Assembly: GCF_006345805.1 (NCBI RefSeq)
Contig: NC_043006.1
Location: forward strand, 558,001 to 622,000
Length of the DNA: 64,000 bases
Direction: 5' to 3'
From: Octopus sinensis
Lineage: Eukaryota
In this document: positions 57,900 through 64,000 of the stretch, piece by piece
Position numbering within the stretch: position 1 is the first letter of the stretch
Layout: the number at the start of each line of letters is the position of its first letter
Notes under the pieces: model-generated
The model's input: the letters and a program-made list of their open reading frames with translations, nothing else
What the model was told of the DNA's origin: nothing
The model's database searches: none
Made by a program: the position numbers and the translations under genes

Positions 57900-58077
57900 A
57901 ATGATGATGATGATATATATATATATATATGTATAATGATGATGATGATATATATATATATATGTATAATGATGATGATGATATATATATATATATGTAT
58001 AATGATGATGATGATATATATATATTTATATATGTATAATGATGATGATGATATATATATATGTATAATGATGATGA

Positions 58078-58110
<33 letters not shown>

Positions 58111-58115
58111 TATAT
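56877..58115. repeat. Compound GTATA(ATG)n(AT)n tandem array flanking an RTE 3'-end derivative (57218-57400)
   Basis: The unit GTATAATGATGATGATGAT(AT)n is repeated many times on both sides. Confidence 0.92.
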
Positions 58116-58599
58116 ATACTTCCTAAATACACTATGTTGTAGATGATTTAGAGGTGTAGAAAGTATAGATACAGAATTTCCAGTATTAATTACTATTCAA
58201 GATTCAAAGCATTTAATGATCGCAGGTAATGTGGTAGAAACAGAAATAGTAAAAAGAGTAAATTTTCTGCAGGTTGAAATTCCTGGAGGATATGTAGGCA
58301 GCAAGCTGGCAGAAATGTTAGCATGCCCGACAAAATGCTTAGCGGTATTTCGTCTGCTGTTACGTTCTGAGTTCAAATTCCGCCGAGGTCGACTATGCCT
58401 TTCATCCTTTTGGGGTCGATTAAATAAGTACCAGTTATGCACTGGGGTCGATGTAATCGACTTAATCCATTTGTCTGACCTTGTTTGTCCCCTCTGTGTG
58501 TAGCCCCTTGAGGGCAGTAAAGAAATAAGACTATTCAAACTGACATTTTATATAAAGCTGTTGTTATTATATAGCCCAACTTCAGCCGTGATAGAGCAG

Positions 58600-60727
58600 T
58601 CCTATATCAAGCAGGTAGTCAGTGAAATGACTAGATATGACCCACAATGATATTTTCCATGTCTTTGCTCCCTGAAGGAGGGCTATGGCATACTTTGATA
58701 TACAGTGATGAATCGTATGAAGAGCAGTGTGATAATCTGGACATGATTTTTGCATAAAACTGAATCACATACTGAGACTAAGGACATTGTAGAATTTGTC
58801 AGTTGATGTAGGTTGAGGATGAAAACTTATTGGAGTGATGTTCTCAACTTGGTACTACATTCTAAATGGAATGTAAATTGATCCAATGAACTTGCTTCCA
58901 GCGCAGTTCTCATGACCAAACACTTTCACCAGAAGTGTCAAATCTTGAAGTACTTCTGCTACTTCAACTTAAATTGTAACATTCAATTTCTGTTGCCCAT
59001 TATACCAAACATGCATGTTTGGTAATAGTTTACAAGCCCTAAGAATGCTTGTAACGTAATATTTTTGGGGGTAGGCATATTTTTTATTGCCATCAATTTT
59101 GAAGGATCTGGCCTGCGACCATTTTTATCGATAACTTGCCCAAAATACTTTATTTCTGGCATGAAATATTCACATTTTCCTTGCTAAGTTTGAATCCATA
59201 CTCCTTTACCTTCTCAAAAACCATTTTAACGTTCCTCATGCTGGCCTCTAGACTCACTTTTTAGGAGTATGTCATCCAAATACTCATATACTATAGCATA
59301 GTATCCATCACCTTTACCCCGAAAGGAAGTCAACTGAATTTATACAAACCTTTATGAGTATTTATCGTTAATAATTTTGAACATTCTTCCTCAACTTGTA
59401 ACTGTAAATACACCTCCAACAAGTTCAATTTTGAGAAAAAATTTTCCTCCATTGAGTTTCACAAGAATTTCCTCAGGATTTGGTAGTGGATAATTCTATG
59501 TCCATAAACATTCATTCAAACTTATTGAAAAGTCCACACATACTCATATTTTGTTATCCTTTTTCTTTATACAAACAGTTTATGCTCGCCATTCTGAATA
59601 ATCAATTTTTTTCTTTAACTCCCAGCTTTTCTTGCTTACCTAATTCCTTGTTGACTTGATCCAATGCCACGAAAGGTACACCTTGTTTCGGTTTAAACAC
59701 CGGTATGGTGTTTTCTTTTACTTGAAATTTTACTTTTGTCTGGGTGCATCTACCTAATTCTTCCGAAAAAACAGTAGGAAAAATCTTTTTCAATTTCTTT
59801 TTTAAATCTTCCGACACCTTATTTCAACTGGTGTTATAACTGTTTATATTACTGCAAAAAATATTTACAATTCTATCCAGTCTGTGCCAAAAACGTCTGT
59901 CATATTTTTTGATAGAAAAACTTTAGCCTTCAAAGTTTTCCCACGAAATGTTACCTCACCCAAAAATCATAATTGTTTCCCTGAGATGCCTCTTGTCATT
60001 TTTGCAGTGTTTTCAATGCAGGCCTTCCTATTTTGTTTTCCATGTATCATCATCATCATCGTTTAACGTCCGTTCTCCATGCTAGCATGGGTTGGACGGT
60101 TCGACCGGGGTTTGGGAAGCCAAGGGCTGCACCAGGCTCCAGTCTGATCTGGCAGTGTTTCTACAGCTGGATGCCCTTCCTAACGCCAACCACTCCGTGA
60201 GTGTAGTGGGTGCTTTTTACGTGCCACCTGCACAGGTGCCGGGGGAGGCTGGCAACGGCCACGGTCGGATTGGTGCTTTTAACATGCCACCGGCACGGAA
60301 GCCAGCCAAGGCGGCGCTGGCATTGGCCACGTTCGGATGGTGCTTTTTATGTGCCACCGGCACAGAAGCCAGTCGAGGCGGCACTCTCGTTAATTATTGT
60401 GATGTCACTACCTGTGTCCAACTGTAGTCTTGTATTCACATTATTTATTTTTACAGAGAGAAATTTTCTTTTTTGTGCCTTGCTTTGCATTTGTGTTGAC
60501 AATACTTTTCTCGCAAATTTTTTTCCATTTGATCTTTTTTGTTTCACCCAACAGTGTGAATTCTTGTGTCCAATTTTCCCACATCCAAAACAGTTTCTTC
60601 TGAAATGTATTTCTCTACATCCATAACATGGTTTGGGTCTTGTCTGTTGTTTTGCTTTTTTTGTATCTGTTTCTGGTTGACATGTATGTATATTTGAATA
60701 ATCTTTTTCAGTTTTTTTCTGTTTTAG
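58600..60727 (-). mobile_element. Degenerate Ty3/Gypsy internal region (CCHC knuckles, protease, RT), interrupted at 60047-60385
   Basis: CYGCREIHFRRNC, CFGCGKIGHKNSHC, LQLDTGSDITII, YPLPNPEEIL..LNGGKF and LLTINTHKGLYKF..LPFG. Confidence 0.85.
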
Positions 60728-61564
60728 GCGTAGAAGTGGCTGTGTGGTAAGTAGCTTGCTTATGAACCACATGGTTCCGGGTTCAGTCCCACTGCGTGGC
60801 ACCTTGGGCAATTGTCTTCTACTATAGCCTCGAGCTGACCAAAGCCTTGTGAGTGGATTTAGTAGATGGAAACTGAAAGAAGCCCGTATATGAAATGTAT
60901 GTATATATGTGTGTGTGTTTCTGTGTCTGTGTTTGTCCCTCCAACATCGCTTGACAACCGATGGTGGTGTGTGTACGTCCCCGTAACTTAGTGGTTCGGC
61001 AAAAGAGAACGACAGAATAAGTACTAGGCTTGCAAAGAACAAGTCCTTGGGTCGATTTGGTCGACTAAAGGCGGTGCTCCAGCATGGCCGCAGTCACACG
61101 ACTGAAACAAGTAAAAGAGAGTAAAGAGTAAGAGTATGTTTCTTACCCCTGAAACATGTTCTGTCAGAGAGTGTTCTGCTGCAAACCTACACCAGTGGAC
61201 ATGAGGAAAATAAAAGAGGAATTTGGAAAGCATCCGTAAAACTAGTTTTCAAACACAGAATGGCCGTAGGAGCCCACCAGAATAAAATTGTAATAATAAA
61301 GGGGTTCGTAGGTAAAAAGATGGTTGAGAACCAGTGCCTTACATAAATGAATTGAGTGTGTCTGAAATAGGTTGTTCTCCCATGATGCAACACAAGAGCA
61401 ATTAACAAATTCACGTTTGGAATCTGCCAGGCCATATTTAGAAGGAATATGCAAGTCATGGTGTTGATTCCTACTGTTCACAGTCCACATGGTTATTATC
61501 TGTAGGTTGATATCAGTATGTATTAGCAGATAATTAGTTTGCTAAGTGCTATAAACAAGAGTCA

Positions 61565-61948
61565 GTGGAGGCGCAATGGCCCAGTGGTTAGGGCAGCGAA
61601 CTCGCGGTCATAGGATCGTGGTTTCGATTCCCAGACCGGGCGTTGTGAGTGTTTATTGAGCGAAACACCTAAAGCTCCACGAGGCTCCAGCAGGGGATGG
61701 TGGCGAACCCTGCTGTACTCTTTCACCACAACTTTCTCTCACTCTTACTTCCTGTTTCTGTTGTACCTGTATTTCAAAGGGCCGGCCTTGTCACTCTCTG
61801 TGTCACGCTGAATATCCTCGAGAACTACGTTAAGGGTACACGTGTCTGTGGAGTGCTCAGCCACTTACACGTTAATTTCACGAGCAGGCTGTTCCGTTGA
61901 TTCGGATCAACCGGAACCCTCATCGTCGTAACCGACGGAGTGCTTCCA
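61565..61948 (+). mobile_element. tRNA-derived SINE (family 1) flanked by a 177-bp direct repeat
   Basis: Same head and body as the 10736 copy; flanks 61388-61564 and 61950-62127 are direct repeats. Confidence 0.9.
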
Positions 61949-62322
61949 TCAACACAAGAGTAATTAACAAATTCATGTTTTGGAATCTGCCAGGCCATAT
62001 TTAGAAGGAATGTGGAAGTCATGGTGTTGATTCCTGCTGTTCACAGTCCACACGGTTATTATCTGTAGGTCGCTATCAGTATGCATTAGCAGATAATTAG
62101 TTTGCTTAATGCTATAAACAAGAGTCATATGGTCTTGTTAGATTCATTGTCCTGGGTGCCAATGACTGATGAGACACAACAATGTTGAACCATGGTCTAC
62201 CTCAGAGTACCAGGCTTTGAAGTTGGCCTCCTCTGAAGAAACAACAACAGTTAGCATATTCCTGTTTAAATCTGCTGAAATGTATTAAAGAATAAATATG
62301 CAAATCATCATCATCGTTTTAC

Positions 62323-62354
<32 letters not shown>

Positions 62355-62355
<1 letters not shown>

Positions 62356-62753
62356 CTTTATATATAAAAGAGAGGTTGTGTGCTGTCTGTCTCCTACGAT
62401 TTAGATTCCTAACTACTCCCACATTTTGCGGTGCAGTTTAACCAAAACCGGGTATCTTATAGTCGTGATTCATATCGAGCTCTTCTGGGTATTAGCGCGC
62501 GTCTACGATGAGTCTACGATTTTAAAAATAATTTACCATCATTTTTTTCCATTTTAATGCATTTTTTCGCTATTATATAAGGGAAGTAACTCTCTAAAAA
62601 TGTCTACGATGAGTCAACGATTTAAAAAAAAATTTACCATCATTTTTTTCCATTTTAATGCATTTTTTTGCTATTTTTTGGCTATAACTCTCTAAAAATG
62701 CTTATATAGTTATTTCCCTTACAAACCCGAGCAACGCCGGGCGATACTGCTAG
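62355..62753 (+). mobile_element. Non-autonomous Helitron (family A)
   Basis: A|TCTTTATATATAAAAG ... CCCGAGCAACGCCGGG CGATACTG CTAG|T. Confidence 0.88.
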
Positions 62754-64000
62754 TTATTATTATTAAGGCAGTGAGCTTCAGAATCATTGCCACATCAGAC
62801 AAAATGCTCAGAGGTGTTTTGCCTGTCTTAACATTCCAAGTTCAAATTCACTTGTAGGCTGTTGTCCTCTGCACTCTAAGTCCTTTGCTTTGTAATACTC
62901 TTTACTCTTTTACTTGTTTCAGTCATTTGACTGTGGCCATGCTGGAGCACCGCCTTTAGTCGAGCAAATCGACCCCGGGACTTATTCTTTGTAAGCCCAG
63001 TACATATTCTATCAGTCTTTTTTGCCGAACCGCTAAGTGACGGGGATGTAAACACACCAGCATCGGTTGTCAAGCGATGTTGGGTGGACAAACACAGACA
63101 CACAAACATATACACACACATACATATGTATATGCATATATACGACAGGCTTCTTTCAGTTTCCGTCTACCAAATCCACTCACAAGGCATTGGTTGGCCC
63201 GAGGCTATAGTAGAAGACACTTGCCCAAGGTGCCAGGCAGTGGGACTGAACCCGGAACCATGTGGTTGGTTAGCAAGCTACTTACCACACAGCCACTCCT
63301 GCGCCTATTGTCTATTAAGTATCATCGATACAACCAGAAAAGTAGAAGTATCATGGAGTTTTATGCTTTCGGACTTTAAAAATGCTTAAACCACTGATTC
63401 TGATGATCATGGCTGATGACAGGTAATCCATGTCTAAATGTCCTTTTCCATTACCCACTTCCGTGTCCTATGTTGATTTTTCATTACTAAATTTTTAAGT
63501 GCAACTCAACATCCTATTACTATTTCTCCTCTACCTGTCTGTCTTCATTTCACACACACACATACACACACAAGTTTATACACCTATCTCAGAAAAAGGA
63601 AACAAACATACTGAACCAACACAACATATTACTGCTGGTGCCTCTGAACAGATATCTGTGTAACCTTTGTTAAGAGTTCATCAATTAACTAATAAAAAGA
63701 ATTATTCTTTTGTGAAATATTATCAACCCAGGCCAAGTCCTTTGAGTGGTAATGGAAAATTAACACCGGAATAATCGAAACAATAGAAATGAGTTGCAGA
63801 GGGTGAAAACCACACAGCATTCCAATCAGAATTAAATCAACTATGAAGTTTCTTGGAAGGTCACTCAAGGCATTTGCAACGAACCATGTCCTTTTGTGTT
63901 CTAGTTTGGTTCACTGTCTGTAAATATATCAACAGATATAAGGTGGCGAGCTGGCAGAAACGTTAGCATGCCGAGCGAAATGCTTAGCAGTATTTCGTCT

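Noticed and set aside
56844-58132. His/Ile/Tyr-rich ORFs of up to 275 aa
   Set aside because: These are translations of the (ATG)n(AT)n array.
60347-61042. 231-aa ORF as a gene
   Set aside because: It is a chimera of an antisense SINE, Gypsy gag/protease and an RTE-derived insert.

Overview
This is AT-rich, repeat-dense eukaryotic genomic DNA. The SINE families, (TA)n/(ATG)n tracts and gene style suggest a coleoid cephalopod, probably Octopus; that assignment is inferred. Two convergent spliced genes were reconstructed by hand. (1) On +, the last five coding exons of an LRRK/ROCO-like kinase (kinase C-lobe plus WD40-like tail): 394-519, 3018-3215, 9758-9916, 17010-17105, 18787-19686. (2) On -, the complete 8-exon CDS of maspardin (SPG21, 329 aa), 51865 to 23636. 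The introns hold a nearly full-length, ORF-intact RTE LINE with a PHD-like finger, many RTE 3'-end derivatives, several tRNA-derived SINE families, Tc1/mariner elements and MITEs, Helitrons (one with a PIF1 helicase remnant), a Penelope GIY-YIG remnant, a Gypsy remnant, a solo LTR and CR1 fragments. The most notable unexplained structures are: a canonical type I hammerhead ribozyme motif in sense inside the kinase intron (9003-9098); a second hammerhead with a U3-A8 compensatory core beside the Penelope ORF; an isolated PDCD6/ALG-2 pseudo-exon fused to the LINE 5' end; several fold-back palindromes (337, 128, 62 and about 60 bp arms); and a SINE flanked by a 177-bp direct repeat. Most ORFs in the supplied track are artefacts of microsatellites and SINEs.
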